Of a DNA stretch of 64,000 nt, positions 12,834 through 25,570 are shown one piece after another (the first letter of the stretch is position 1; each line of letters opens with the position of its first letter). Source of the DNA: Eledone cirrhosa (Eukaryota). The DNA is taken from assembly GCA_964016885.1 (NCBI GenBank), contig OZ024740.1:353276001-353340000 (forward strand). Direction: 5' to 3'. A program made the translations under genes and the position numbers. Below the pieces are notes generated by a model. It was given only the letters and a program-made list of their open reading frames with translations. It did not search any database and was not told the DNA's origin.

Positions 12834-12939
12834 AAGAATGAGAAATAAAATAGATTAAGGGGACGGGTGGGATGGAATTGGAAAAAGTCTTTAAATAAAA
12901 ATAATAGATCCATTCATGTTGACATCTCTTGCAAAACTG

Positions 12940-12976
<37 letters not shown>

Positions 12977-13379
12977 TGGGGTATAAACCAGCAGTCTGCA
13001 ACGCCAAGCGTTATCGGCTTTTGTGTTCAGCAAGTCTGTCTGTACCCACTCTGCATCTCCCAATGCATTGAGTACTCCCATAATTTGTTGTCTCCCCGGT
13101 CTCAACACTGCAGACTCTCTCTCATATATACGAGAGAGAGCGATAGGAAAAAGGAGATAATTATGAAATTATGACAAGTGCGGTGTGATTTGACAGGGTG
13201 TTGAGTAGGGCAGAAGTGTAGACTTTTAATAGCATAGGGGAGGAGTGTGGCGGCAAGTACACTTATGCGGAGATAACGTTAAGGGAGTAGCAGACTCAAG
13301 TGGGTAAAGTACCAGTAATACACTGGGATAATTGCTGGCTTTGTGCCAAAAGTAGAAACAATTATTATATGCGAATATT

Positions 13380-13570
13380 GCGGTGGATTGGCAGTATCGG
13401 TAGAGGGTCGGACGCCATGCTTTGACGCATAGTTACGGCCCTTGCCATTCTGAATTCAAATCCCGCCGAGGTTAACTTTGCCTTTTATCCTTATGGAGTC
13501 GATAAAATAAAGTATCAGTAATGCACTGAGTAATTGCTGGCCTTGTACTAAAAGTAGAAACAATTATTAT
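13380..13570 (+). mobile_element. Full-length tRNA-derived SINE family 1; further copies at ~18640-18921(-), 23045-23256(-), 24070-24215(-), 28230-28365(+), 36925-37105(+), 43645-43810(-), 44980-45070(+), 51275-51460(+), 54280-54340(-), 62250-62435(-)
   Basis: A box TGGCAGTATCGG, B box GA(A/G)TTCAAATCC, conserved central core and (ATT)n tail. Confidence 0.9.
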
Positions 13571-14329
13571 ATGCGGATATGTTTGGAATAATATTGTAAT
13601 ATTATCCCTAGAAGTGTACAAATTATGAAATATTTACTAGAATTGCAGTACAAATAGCACATTTTATTGTAAAATTTAAGGGGACGCAACTGATACAGAA
13701 TTTTAAAGATTAGCTTCCCTTTAGTGTTCCTTTCCTCAAACTGTGTAACCGGATTTGGCATCGTTTCAATAATGTTATGTGATGTATGTGTGTATTCCAT
13801 CAACCATATATTTGTTACAGCTAAAAGAATTTGTAGGTTTGATATTAACGAGTGTCTTGTTTGAGGGTGCCCATCATTTTGTCTCTTGAACACAATATAC
13901 ATCTGTCAAAGATTCTCCACTATCTCACCTGACTTACCTTCCATTATGCCTATATTGATGTTGGCAACTCTAAAGTTTTTAATCAAACAGGAAGAAATGG
14001 GCTTCTAGGGAAGAGTAGACAAGTTGGTGTCAGTTTTCAGCATCTGAAATGAAGAGAGTTTGTATGGCAATCTGGGCACACTTATTCCTGAGAGGGTCGT
14101 TGGGGCATAGTCCTCAAACACTTCTTCTAGCAAGTCCTGCTCAAGGTCTACCCCTGGGTCTCCTGCCGGTTGGTTTTGCTCATAAAATCTGTCCAGTGAT
14201 GCTTTCTTAAAATATTCTAACAACATGCCCGTAGTATCAGAGCTGTGATCTCTCATTTGGAGAAGTAGTGGATCTACCTGGAATGACTCTCTGAACCCCG
14301 AGCTACGCACTCTATCGACTAATGTTACT

Positions 14330-15310
14330 CCAAAGACCCTTCAGAGGAACCCCATTTCGGCTGCTTGTATTATCCAAGATTCATGACCATAGGTAAGAAT
14401 TAATCACACTATAGATCTTGCCTGCAACCTGACCTGGACACAATGCAACAATGGATCACAGACTGGCAACTCAAGCTAGCTGTGGACATGTGTACCACCA
14501 TGCATTTTGGGAGTAAAAACCCAGCCTCCACAACACTAATATCAAGAAGTCTTCTTGTGAACGTGACCTGGACATTACAGTCAGCAGCGATTTGCGTTGG
14601 ACGAAGCACGTCTCTAAAATTGTCACAAAGGCCAAGGGTGTCTTAGCATCACTCAGCAAGACTTTTGTCAGCTGCTCTCCAGCTATCTATTTAAAGCTGT
14701 ATATAGCTATGGTGTGGCCACACTTAGAATTTGCATCACCAGTCTGGAACCCCTATCTTGCTCAGAACATTGACCGCCTGGAAACTGTTCAGAGACGTGC
14801 AACCAAGCGAATGCTCTCCATCAGGCATCTACCATACTCTGAACGCCTTGCTTCTCTGGCCATGGATACATTGAAGCTCCGACGTCTGGCAACTGACTTG
14901 GTAAACACCCACAAAATTACTAACCATCTTGCCAACAACAACCCTGAGTACCTTTTTGATTTCCATGTGTCTAACACACGTGGGCATGCCCACAAAGTCA
15001 GAAAACAGCACAGCTCCCATGACTTTCAGAAACATTTTTTCACGCTCAGAGTTGCTGAAGCATGGAACAAACTACCTGCATCAGTTGTTAGCTGTCGAGA
15101 CACTGCATCTTTTAAAACCTCCATGCTTCCTGAAATTCGCCAACACTACACCTAATATTCCCCCTCCATACACACGCACAGATGTATATCATGACTCATA
15201 CACTATTCACTTCCCTGACATTTGTATATTATTCTATGTACTATACATGCACCTTTGATGAGTTGTAGTGCACCTGAGCACTGTACACAATAATTTCATT
15301 ATTATTATTA
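14330..15310 (+). pseudogene. CR1-type LINE, 5'-truncated 3' end
   Basis: Motifs LQ.DLD...W..DWQL, LY.A.V.PHLEFASPVWNP, LE.VQRRATK, LPYSERL, NTRGH..K and HFF..RV...WN.LP, plus an (ATT)n tail at ~15298-15310. Confidence 0.85.
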
Positions 15311-16272
15311 TATATAGACTTGTCCCTGTATATGTCTCTTGAAATATTGTCTTAGAGGCTCCTCGTTACTGAAATCAAGCCTGATTGAGAAAAATCAAAT
15401 GGAAATCAATAAGCTGCCATAACATTTACAAAATCTGTAATCATAACCATCATAACACTCATGAATTGGACATGTTTGTGTATATCTTGATCATATGTCC
15501 CTAAGGACAAAAATTCTCAGTTTAACTTCTGCACTTAAGTCTTTCTCTACTACACAAATATAACTTCATTCAAGATGAAAAATCACATTTTAAAAATGTT
15601 AACACAAAACTGATATTTTCATAGAATTTTATTTATTTTATTTTATTTTTGCAATTCAATGGACTTTTATTTACAATGACACATGTAAGTTTATTTTTAT
15701 CTTAACCACCATATTAAAAGATTGACATTTTACTGAAGTATGTGGCATGATAATATACATCCAGTCCAGCCATTAAAATATGTTAAATGGAAAAAAAACA
15801 AAAAACTAAGAGGTGATATCAATTCCACAAACTGCAGTAAAGACTACATGTTTATAAGTATAGTCATTCTGAATATGAACTGCTGTATATACTCGTGTAT
15901 AAGCAAAGAAATAAATGACAAAAAAAAAAAGGCGGTCCGGGGTGGGGGGATTCATATTTTCACCAACTTCAAGCGTAGAAAAGGCACCAAAATATCTGGA
16001 GTGTCACATATAGATATTTCATGTAATTTCCATGAGTGAAAATGATAACATTTTTTAAATATCTGACTGCACATGTGTGTCTTGTCAAATGAAACTCTCT
16101 TACGATAAATATAAAAACTTACAAACACACTTGTATAAATATACTGAAACATTGACACACACAGATGCACACATAAATTTATAATCATGCACAGACAGTG
16201 ACATACACACACTTAGAACTACATAAATGTATACAGACTATATATGTATAATATATAGTAATAATAATAAAT

Positions 16273-17003
16273 TTGAAGACTAAAATCCAGAGGGCTCGAT
16301 AAGGAATAATATATATCAGATATATAAGAACCCTAGTAGAGCAAATATTTATTAAAATAACAGATTAAAGTTTAAGCAAAGAATCGCTGCTTTCACCCTT
16401 AACGAGATCTTCAGAAGATTCCGTTAAGGGTGAAAGCAGTGATTCTTTGCTTAAACTTTAATCTGTTATTTTAATAAATATGTATAATATATATATATAT
16501 ATATATATCAAAAAAGAGAAATAGGACGAAGGTAAACAGTTACAAAAGGATTTAATCCACGTATTAACAATTGTTTCATCAGAATTTCAGTCCATTATTG
16601 CTACACTATGTAATAATAGGCAATCAAGAAAGATACTGTGGCATCCGAATTTTCAAAATACAATACTTTGTATTTTGAAAATTCAGATGCCACAGCATAT
16701 CCGAATTTTCAAAATACAAAGTATTGTATTTTGAAAATTCGGATGCCACAGTATCTTTCTTGATTGCCTATTATTACATAGTGTAGCAATAATGGACTGA
16801 AATTCTGATGAAACAATTGTTAATACGTGGATTAAATCCTTTTGTAACTGTTTACCTTCGTCCTATTTCTCTTTTTTTATTACACTCCTCGTTTGTTCGT
16901 GTTTCCACTACAGAATCCCTACCAACCTGTCGAGTCACCTTAACGTATGTTGATAACTTTCCTCACAACTTGTTCTACCAAGCTTTGGAATATTCCTATT
17001 TAC

Positions 17004-17046
<43 letters not shown>

Positions 17047-17255
17047 CATATTTATTAAAATAACAGATTAAAGTTTAAGCAAAGAATCACTGCTTTCACC
17101 CTTAACGGAATCTTCTAAAGATCTCGTTAAGGGTGAAAGCAGCGATTCTTTGCTTAAACTTTAATCTGTTATTTTAATAAATATTTGCTCTACGGTTCTT
17201 ATATATCTGATATATATTTATCCTTATCGAGCCCTCTTTGGATTTTAGTCTTCAA
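16273..17255. repeat. Nested palindrome array: fold-back module A (16273-16490), fold-back module B (16510-16877 plus tail to ~17005) and inverted module A' (17041-17255), separated by (TA)n
   Basis: A' is the reverse complement of A, including the same internal hairpin. B has near-perfect ~165-bp inverted arms. Confidence 0.92.
16726..16826 (+). ncRNA. Hammerhead ribozyme, U3-A8 variant with 72-nt domain II; mirror copy at 16561-16661 (-)
   Basis: GUAUU-[UUGAAAA]-uUCGGA...UCUGAu-[GAAA]-CAAUUG-UU-AAUAC, followed by ATTAAA. Confidence 0.6.
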
Positions 17256-17318
17256 GAGCGTGAAACTAATAAACCTTTGTTCGTACTGCCTCTGTTTTGT
17301 TCCCGTTCCATTTTTCAC

Positions 17319-17429
<111 letters not shown>

Positions 17430-19116
17430 GCATAAAGTCAACAAGGAAAAGCAACACAGGAGAATGATACAATAGTTGATATAGTAGAAAAAGAGTCTTA
17501 ATGTCTAGGACATTAGTCCTTCATCAAAAAATAGAATGAAGCATAGAAGAAAGAGTGTAAGAAGAGGAAAAAATAGAAGAAAAAAATTTACAGGAGGAAA
17601 GCATGTGTGTATTTATTCAGTCAGTTTGGTGAATGCAGGTTGGAATGTATCTTATATATAGGAGAGTTTTAAAAAGAAAGATAATCATTGAATATTTTCA
17701 GTTGATGTGTGCGAGTATGTTTGTCTATACAAAACTATGAGGGTATGAAGGTCTGATGTGCGTCGGACCGTGACAATGCTGGCATTACTGATGGAAGTGT
17801 CAGTGTGTGTGTGTACACAAGTGAACTGACCAATGCTGGGAATGATAAAGGGTAACTGGTAGGTGGTATTTGGCAGTATGAGGAAATGTATGCATGTATG
17901 ATACAACAGTGCATGTGTATACATGCATATGTGTATATTCATATGCACACGTGAGCACAATTAACCTTGTATGTACGCTTGTCTGTACACACAAGCATGC
18001 ACACACACACATACAGATGGTGGTGATCATTAGGTGGTACAGAGAAAGGAAGGTAAGTGACACATATATGTGTGTTGTCATGCCTCATGCCATGGGTATG
18101 TCTGTAAGAGATACCACAAGGCATAACATATGATGATATGACAGTATAATTGCACACCACCAGACTCCAAAGTATGAACTCATGGGAATTCACAAAACCG
18201 TGCCATCTAAAGGTCTTGATTAACTTCATTGGCTTATACATGGGGCTTGGATTTTTATCCATTTCTCAAACATAAAATAGGAAAGAGGGTGGACTTACAT
18301 TATAATCAGCTTATACATGAGTATATACAGTAATACAGGTAGAAGGGACACTTTATCCTGCTAGTAGCATGATAAAATGTACCTAGTGTATGCTATAAAG
18401 TAACTTATGAAAGAAAGAACATCCATCAGTAAAACACTGACATACAGAGCAAAAAAAATTGGCAGTTTTCTCTCTAGTTGTGTGTATCAGATGACAAAGG
18501 ACTGTAACAAGAGATGAAATGTGCTGGGAGAGATACATCCAACCCATGCCAACATTGAAAACTGGACATAAAGCAATGAAAATGATGGTAATGACTTACA
18601 CACAAAACCTATTGTGTTGCTGACATAATTAATAAATAATTATTTCTACTTTAGGCTCAAGGCCAGCAATTACCCAGTGCATTACTGGTACTTTATTTTA
18701 TCGAGCCCCGTAAGGCAAAGTCAACCTCGGCAGGATTTGAACTCAGATCGTAAAAGGACGTAACTATGCTGGAAAGCATAGCGTCCGACCCTCTACCGAT
18801 ATTGCCAATCCACCGAATAAATAATTGTTTCTACTTTAGGCACAAGGCCAGCAATTATCCAGTGCATTACTGGTACTTTATTTTATCGACCCCGTAAGGA
18901 TGAAAGGCAAAGTCAACCTCGAAATAATGAAGGATAATATATCATATCATGTCATGGTGACTAAACTGTGTTAATATTTGTTCACTATTTCAAGTCAATG
19001 TTTTTCCTGATATACATTACTCTATCATGAATATATCTGTGGTAAGATAGAGTGCAATTTCTAAAAAATTGATTAATTCACTACTTACAGATAAAGTTTT
19101 ACCATAACTACCAATA

Positions 19117-20145
19117 TTAACATGGTTTCTTTCCTGAGTGAATTTGTTTGTGGCGAAATAAATTGCTTCTTTCAGAAAATGTTTTATCACAAATGTCACA
19201 GTGGTATGGTTTCTCTCCAGTGTGGGTTCGTTTATGGCGAAATAAGTTGCTATTTTCAGAAAAGGTTTTACCACAGATATCACAGTTGTATGGTTTCTCT
19301 CCAGTGTGTATATGTTTGTGGCGAAGTAAGTTCCTTTTGTGAGAAAATTTTTTATCACAAATATCACAGTGATATAATTTAAAACCTGTGTGAACCTGTT
19401 TATGACAAAACATGGTGCTAAAATTAGAGAATTTTTTCCCACAGATCTCACAGACACATTGGTTCTCACCTGAATGAATATATTTGTGGTTTGATAAATA
19501 TTTGGATACAGAGAATGCTTTACCACAGATATCACACTTGTATGGTTTTTCTCCAGAGTGAAGACGTTTATGGCTAGATAAACTGCTACTTTCAGTGAAG
19601 GCTTTTCCACAAATAACACAACAGTATGGTTTCTCCCCTGTGTGAATACGGATATGGTTAGATAAATGACCACTTTGTGAAAATGATTTACCACAAATAT
19701 CACAATGATGGGGTTTCTCACCTGTGTGAATACGAATATGGATGGATAAATTCCTCGATTCAGAGAATGCTTTACCACATATATTACAGTTGTGTGGTTT
19801 CTCTCCTGTGTGAATACGTTTATGGCGAGAGAATGCACTGCTTACAGCAAATGTTTTATCGCATATTTTACAGTGATAGGGCCTCTCTCCTGTGTGAATA
19901 CGTACGTGCATGGATAAAAGACTACTATGAGAAAATGTTTTACTACAAATTTCACAATGATAAAGGCCTGCACCACTGTGAATTGATTTATGTTGGACTA
20001 ACTTACTTTTTGTTTTGAATGTCTTATTACATAAGTCACAGGGATATGAGTTACTCTGTTTCTTTTTCTCTGCCTGATGAGAAACATCAATCTTCTCAGC
20101 CTGTAATTCATCATAGACCTGATTCTCACACAATGTCTCCTCCAT
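19117..20145 (-). CDS. C2H2 zinc-finger protein, 342 aa, 11 tandem fingers, single coding exon
   Basis: Uninterrupted ORF of C-x2-C-x12-H-x3-H units with TGEKP-type linkers and a short acidic N-terminus MEETLCENQV. Confidence 0.93.
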   Translation of the reverse strand: MEETLCENQVYDELQAEKIDVSHQAEKKKQSNSYPCDLCNKTFKTKSKLVQHKSIHSGAGLYHCEICSKTFSHSSLLSMHVRIHTGERPYHCKICDKTFAVSSAFSRHKRIHTGEKPHNCNICGKAFSESRNLSIHIRIHTGEKPHHCDICGKSFSQSGHLSNHIRIHTGEKPYCCVICGKAFTESSSLSSHKRLHSGEKPYKCDICGKAFSVSKYLSNHKYIHSGENQCVCEICGKKFSNFSTMFCHKQVHTGFKLYHCDICDKKFSHKRNLLRHKHIHTGEKPYNCDICGKTFSENSNLFRHKRTHTGEKPYHCDICDKTFSERSNLFRHKQIHSGKKPC

Positions 20146-20574
20146 AGTAACCCCCTGTTAATCACAGAACACAAACAAATCCTGCTCTTTTTCTTTGTAA
20201 TTTACAGCAAAGAAATATTCTCTAAAGATTATATTTTCCTGAACAGTAATCCTTATCAAAGTATGAGACTGATCTTGACATTAAAAAGCAAAACAAATCC
20301 ATATATAATTTGCTTCAATTCCTAATATATATCCTGGTTTATGAGGGACATTACACATAGGTCAGTTGGAAAATTAATGAAAATTTTCCTGGATTAGTAT
20401 GTACTCAAAATTTATTAAGTAGATATATTTCCAGGTCGGAATCTCAATTTCATAATTTAATCTCAATTTCATAATTTAATTGAAATTATAGATATACACT
20501 GATATGAATTCTTGATATTATCTTTCAGTCTTTGAAATGTTGCTGCATATTCTTATCTTAATGTTTCTGGATAC

Positions 20575-20605
20575 CCTGAAATAGACAAATAATATAAGAT
20601 ATAGA
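20575..20605 (-). other. Probable splice acceptor of the terminal exon of zinc-finger gene 1 (homologous acceptor at 37442-37470 for gene 2)
   Basis: ATATCTTATATTATTTGTCTATTTCAG|GGTATC compared with TATCTTATATTATCTCTTTATTGCAG|GGAATC. Confidence 0.65.
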
Positions 20606-21471
20606 GAACAATTATATGTAACTTTAATGTTATTAGAAAACAGAAAAATATTGAAACTTAAAATGAAGGGTTGAAGGGCATATGATATAATGCTTCTGTA
20701 TGAATTGCAATACTGCATGGTAGTGGAACATGGAGTATGCCTTAAATGCAGAAGATTTGCAAAAGCTGAGAAGTAAGGCAAGCATGCTGTAATGGATGTG
20801 TATTGTTAGTGTGAATAGATAACAGAGTACAAATGAGCAAAAGAGTAATACTAGATTAACTAGATATAGTGTGCAAGATAAAAGACTGCACACTTACAGG
20901 TATTGTGATGAATATAAAGGATGACAGTTGAATAAAGTTCCATGTACTCTGAGTGGATGGAACCTACACAAGTGAGACACTGAGGAAGACATGACAAAAA
21001 GTGGTAAAAACCTGTCTCAAGGGGCTAAATCTCATGAAGATGATGGAGGACTGTGATAAGTAAAGAAACACTATGCTGGAGAAGATCTACTTTACCCATG
21101 AAAGCACTGAAAAATAAACATAAACAATGACCTTAATAACAACCAGTGTGTAAATGTCTATCCCCACTCTCTCTCTCTCTTCTACCACATGTGGTTCTCC
21201 TCTTAGTATTTTGGAAAAAGAACAGAGACAGTTCTGTGGAAATTGAGATTCTCTTTAGTTTTGCCAGGGACAAGACAAGTTCTCTGGTACCAGTGAATGA
21301 ACACTTGGAGACAATATAGAGCAATGAAAACTCTTTAGTTTTGCTAGGAACAACACAATCTCTCTACTGATGGTGCTACAATAAAGTCACTACCAATATG
21401 AAAAGCATCCAATCAGAAGCAATGACAAAAATGTAAATATGAGAGCAAAATAACTTCAAATAAGATCTGAC

Positions 21472-21700
21472 TTAACCCTTTAGTATTTACATTACTCTAT
21501 ATTTACTGTTGTATTTTTGTGGTAAAGGGTTTATCTTACATAATTATCTCATATAATATCGAATCTATGAGATTTTGATATTATTTATGTTGAGAACAAT
21601 ACCTTAACATTAGTATGAGTGGTCAGTTATGGCCGATCTGAACAGAAAGATGTGAGAGAATTCTGGCTGGATATGGCTGGTTTAAATGCTAAATGGTTAA
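21472..21700. mobile_element. TTAA-flanked piggyBac-type MITE; inverted copy at 25798-26013; related elements at 33449-33652 and ~40118-40336
   Basis: TTAA-CCCTT...AAGGG-TTAA termini. The 33449-33652 element has TIR CCCTTTT(C/G)ATACC. Confidence 0.7.
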
Positions 21701-22599
21701 GAAGCAATGACTTGTTCAACAGCATGGGAAAGTGGATGTAAAATAACAATAATTAAAGAAACAATATGACCTTTCTAGAAATGTCTTTCAAAGAGACATT
21801 AACTTTTTTGTTACTATATTTCTAATGAACAGCACTGGCTATGATTCTCAAATCATTTTGAAAATAATCAAGAATTATCAGGAATTTAATAATATAATTT
21901 TCTTATTATTAAGCTGCATGGCCTGGCCTAGTAGTTAGAGAGTTGGACTTACAATAAGCTTGAGGATTAAACACCCAAGAAACTGCCTACAAGGAAGCCA
22001 GATAGATGTGAACAGTAACTTTAACCTTTTTTATTATCAAGTTGATGTTTGGAACATCACTTAACTGAAGGTCTTACATAAAATTATGATGGAAGGTTTT
22101 TAGATAAATATAAACATTATGTAAAATAGTCAGTTTGCCTCTACAATGCAGATGGGTAAATCTTCTGGCAACGAAATCCAGTGGCAATAGAACAAAAAGA
22201 AAAACAAACATAAATTAACGTAAAAGACGTAAGGAGAAAAGAGGAAAAAGAAGAAGGCCAGAGTCTGTGTACCTTAAAAGATTGTCTGGCAGATAAGATG
22301 CTATTTTGAAAATCCACCTTAATAAAATGGTTAAGATCAAAGTACATTAAATCATTTTTTTCCAAATGTATTCTCGGTAACAACTATGTATGATATTGAA
22401 ATAAGCGTTTTTTGTAGCAGTATACTGCCTGTCAGGAATAAGAAGCAGGTATTTGAGAGCAATGCAAACATGCTTAACATATTTCATTCTTACATGAAGC
22501 TGATTTGCAGTTTCAAACATACAATTTTGCTGGCTTTTTTTTTATCAAGACCATAACAGTCTCAACATTGAATTTAAAATAATGCTGTAAAGGATGTAA

Positions 22600-23520
22600 C
22601 TTTCAGAAGGTGCAGCCCAATCTGATGTAAGGAAGGTTTGTCAATGCTTCAAAGATGATACAGTAAAAACTGTAAAAAGAACAAGAGAAAAAAGCAAGCA
22701 AGCTAACAGGCATACTATTAGACTAACTGATTGTCAGGCAACCTCAAGTGAAATACAATAAATATTAACAGCTGGTGGTGTTAGTTTAAGTGACACAACT
22801 GTAAGGTGCTAATTCTTTGATAAAGAACTTAAAGCAAAAATAGAAAAAAATATTAATATATTTGAATATTCTTCAGGAAAATAACAAAAACATCTTTTAT
22901 GGGCAAGAGAACATGAAAAATGGACAGCTGAAGAGTGACATAAATTCATATAGATTTTAAGGGTAGATTGAAATATGTGACATGGAGGGCCAAATAAAGA
23001 TTTCCTACTTGAGTGTATTACAATGAAAGATCCTGTCAACATAATGGTTTCTTAGATAGGCACAAGGCCAGCAATTTGAGGGAAGGGGAAAGTCGATTAA
23101 ATCAACCCCAGTGCGTGACTGGTACTTTATTTTATCGACCTCGTAAGGATGACAGGCAAAGTTAACCTCAGAGGGATTTGAACTCTGAACGTAATAGAAT
23201 GTAACACTATGCTGTAAAGCATGGTGTCTAACCCTCTACCGATACTGCCAATCCAAACATAATGCTGTGTTATTGTATGTCAGGCAGAAGTGTTGACCAT
23301 ATCATAATTATAAATGAAATAAGGAGCTAATTTGGAAATGAGGTAACTCCTCTTAATCAGTGACATTTCTACACGATTCAAGATAGTCATTTTTCAGCAA
23401 GACAGTGTCATATGCAATGCTACAAAATCCAGTGTGAAATTGTTGGAAGACCATAAAATAAACCTTCTAGAATGGCTTGAAAAAAAGTTCCAATTATATT
23501 CTGATAGAAAAATAATTAGG
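22600..23520 (+). pseudogene. Tc1-family transposase fossil, interrupted by a SINE at ~23045-23256 with target duplication ACATAATG
   Basis: Remnants HLLWAREHEKWTAEE*HKFI, IML...MSG and VIFQQDSVICNATKS, plus an LEW...IE-like WP..SPDLNPIE segment. Confidence 0.6.
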
Positions 23521-24218
23521 TCTCAAGTATTCACTGTTTATCACTTTAATTCTCTTCTACTTTTGATACACTTAAGTAATTAACAGCTATGCTTGGCTTA
23601 CTCTAATTATGAATGTTATTTGATGGATCCATTTTAAATAATGAGAATGATGAACTTGATGCTTTATAGCTGATACACTAGTGTCCACTATTTATCATTA
23701 TTGAATATTTTCTTTCCTTAATAATTTCAATTTCTAGAAAAACACTTTCACCTTTACTTTTGACAAAATAAAAACCTTTATTTTCAAAAGAAGTGCCCCT
23801 TTTATTATTTTCAATCAGTGGGGATTCTTCAGCTGTGTCACTAGACAACCTTCTTAGTGCTGTCTGCACAATAAAATTCCCTCACTAGAACACTGAAACA
23901 TACAAGCAAGATGTAGTCCCCCAGTCAATCTGAGAACTTGGTGGAGTGCAGGAATGTATGTGAGATGCAAGCCTCAACCCATCTGAGAGGTCAATATCTC
24001 CACTTTAGTATTGACTAAGTCTGTGACCACATATCCAACCCTTGCTAATAAAGAAAACAAACGTCAAATAATTGTTTCTACATTTAATATAAGGCCAGCA
24101 ATTCGAAAGGTAGGAGAAAGTCAATGCGTTACTGGTACTTTATTTTATCGACCCTGTAAGGATGAGAGGCAAGGCTAACTAACCTAAGCAGGATGTGAAC
24201 TCAGAATGTAAAGGGATG

Positions 24219-25570
24219 TCATCATCATCACCGTTTTACGTCCGTTCTTCCACACTAGCATGGGTTAGACGGGTTGTCCTGTTGTGGGCAGTGTCCAGTT
24301 GGCTGACCTTGTCTTGCTCATACAGGAACTGATTCTGGCTTGATTTCTACAGCTGGATGCCCTTCCTAACACCAACCTCATTTACAGTGAGTGCTGGATG
24401 CCCTTCCTAACACCAACCTCATTTACAGTGAGTGCTGGGTGCTTTTTTTCCATGGTGCCTACACGTCCACTTTACAGCGTGGGCTGGGTGCTTTTTTGTC
24501 TTGGTACCTTCACGACCACTTTGCAGTGGGAAGGGGTGGGGGCATATTGTCTATATGCTTCAGCTTCAGCTTGTTCTCGTGGGAAGTCGGGTCTTTTGTA
24601 TTACTGTGTGACGCCAGAGGTCACGGTTGTGTGTCATCGCCTTTGAGAGGTGCAATTGGGTAAGGTTGGCTTTTATGACCTCATCCCAGGTCTTCTTGGG
24701 TCTACCCACTCCATGGCTTTCATCGATTTCTAGTGCTCTGCACCTTTTTATGCAGCTGTCATCCTTCATACGCATCACATGTCCATACCAATGCAACCCC
24801 CTCTCCTGCACACAGCATTTGATTCCTCTTATGCTCAGTCTCTCTCTCAGTTCGTTTATGCTTTGCTGTTCGCGTATATTACTATTACATATCCATGTAT
24901 GTAACTAAATATGTATGTAACTAAATATAATCATAAATTATGTAAAAATAGATGCTTCTTGAACTTATACATTTAAAACCAATTTCTACTGAGCAGTGCT
25001 TTGCCGTTCACGTATATTACTATTACACATCCATCGGAACATGCAGGCTTCGTTTCTTTCTAATCTACGCAAGTCTTCCACCTTCAGCGCCCAGGTCTCA
25101 CTACCATGCCACATTGCTGCTCGTATACACGCATCATACAGGCTGCCTTTCATTTTGAGGGAAAAGCCTTTTGCAGCTAGCAGTGACAGTAACTCCCCGA
25201 ACTTCTTCCATCCCGTTCTTACTCTAGTTATTGTACTTTCTGAACACCCACCTCCGCTGCTAATTCGGTCACCTAGGTAGCAGAAGCTGTCTACTCTTTT
25301 TACAGAGCCCTCCCAGAGATTGGTGGTACTTGTTTCCTGTGGCTGTTTGCTGCTTGCTGTCCCAGCACAGCTGCTATATGTGAAGCCTACATTCTTAATT
25401 AAGCTTCCTGAGATCCTGCTACATCTCTTGTGTACCCATTGTTTGCATTTGGGGCAGAGAATGGAGTTCCTACCTACACCTTTCCTACATACTGAGCAAG
25501 GCCATTTCCCTGAGGGGATCTGGGTTCTGTTTTCTCGTCTACTTACAAGAACCTTAGTCTTTGTCAGGTT
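24219..25570 (-). pseudogene. RTE-clade LINE 3' portion with a PHD-like finger after the RT; (GAT)n tail
   Basis: Motifs TKTKVL, WPCSVC.KGVG.NSI.C..C..WVHKRCS, VDSFCYLGD, GW.KF.EL, HGSETW, RL.WYGHVMRM and GRPKKTW. The 3'UTR carries GGATGCCCTTCCT..CACCAAC and ends in a (CAT)n run at 24220. Confidence 0.88.

Noticed and set aside
13380-13470. tRNA gene candidates (A/B boxes)
   Set aside because: These are heads of multi-copy SINEs; no complete cloverleaf.
19017-19838. 273-aa ORF with repeating ERNH/VVK motifs (also 35438-35803 and similar)
   Set aside because: Shifted-frame shadow of the C2H2 array; such alternative frames are commonly open.
23795-23836. Minus-strand CUGAAGA...GAAA motif; similar weak ones at ~5860-5905, ~9094, ~51713-51765 and ~60837
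   Set aside because: Stem I or core residues do not fit; they cannot be distinguished from chance in AT-rich DNA by eye.
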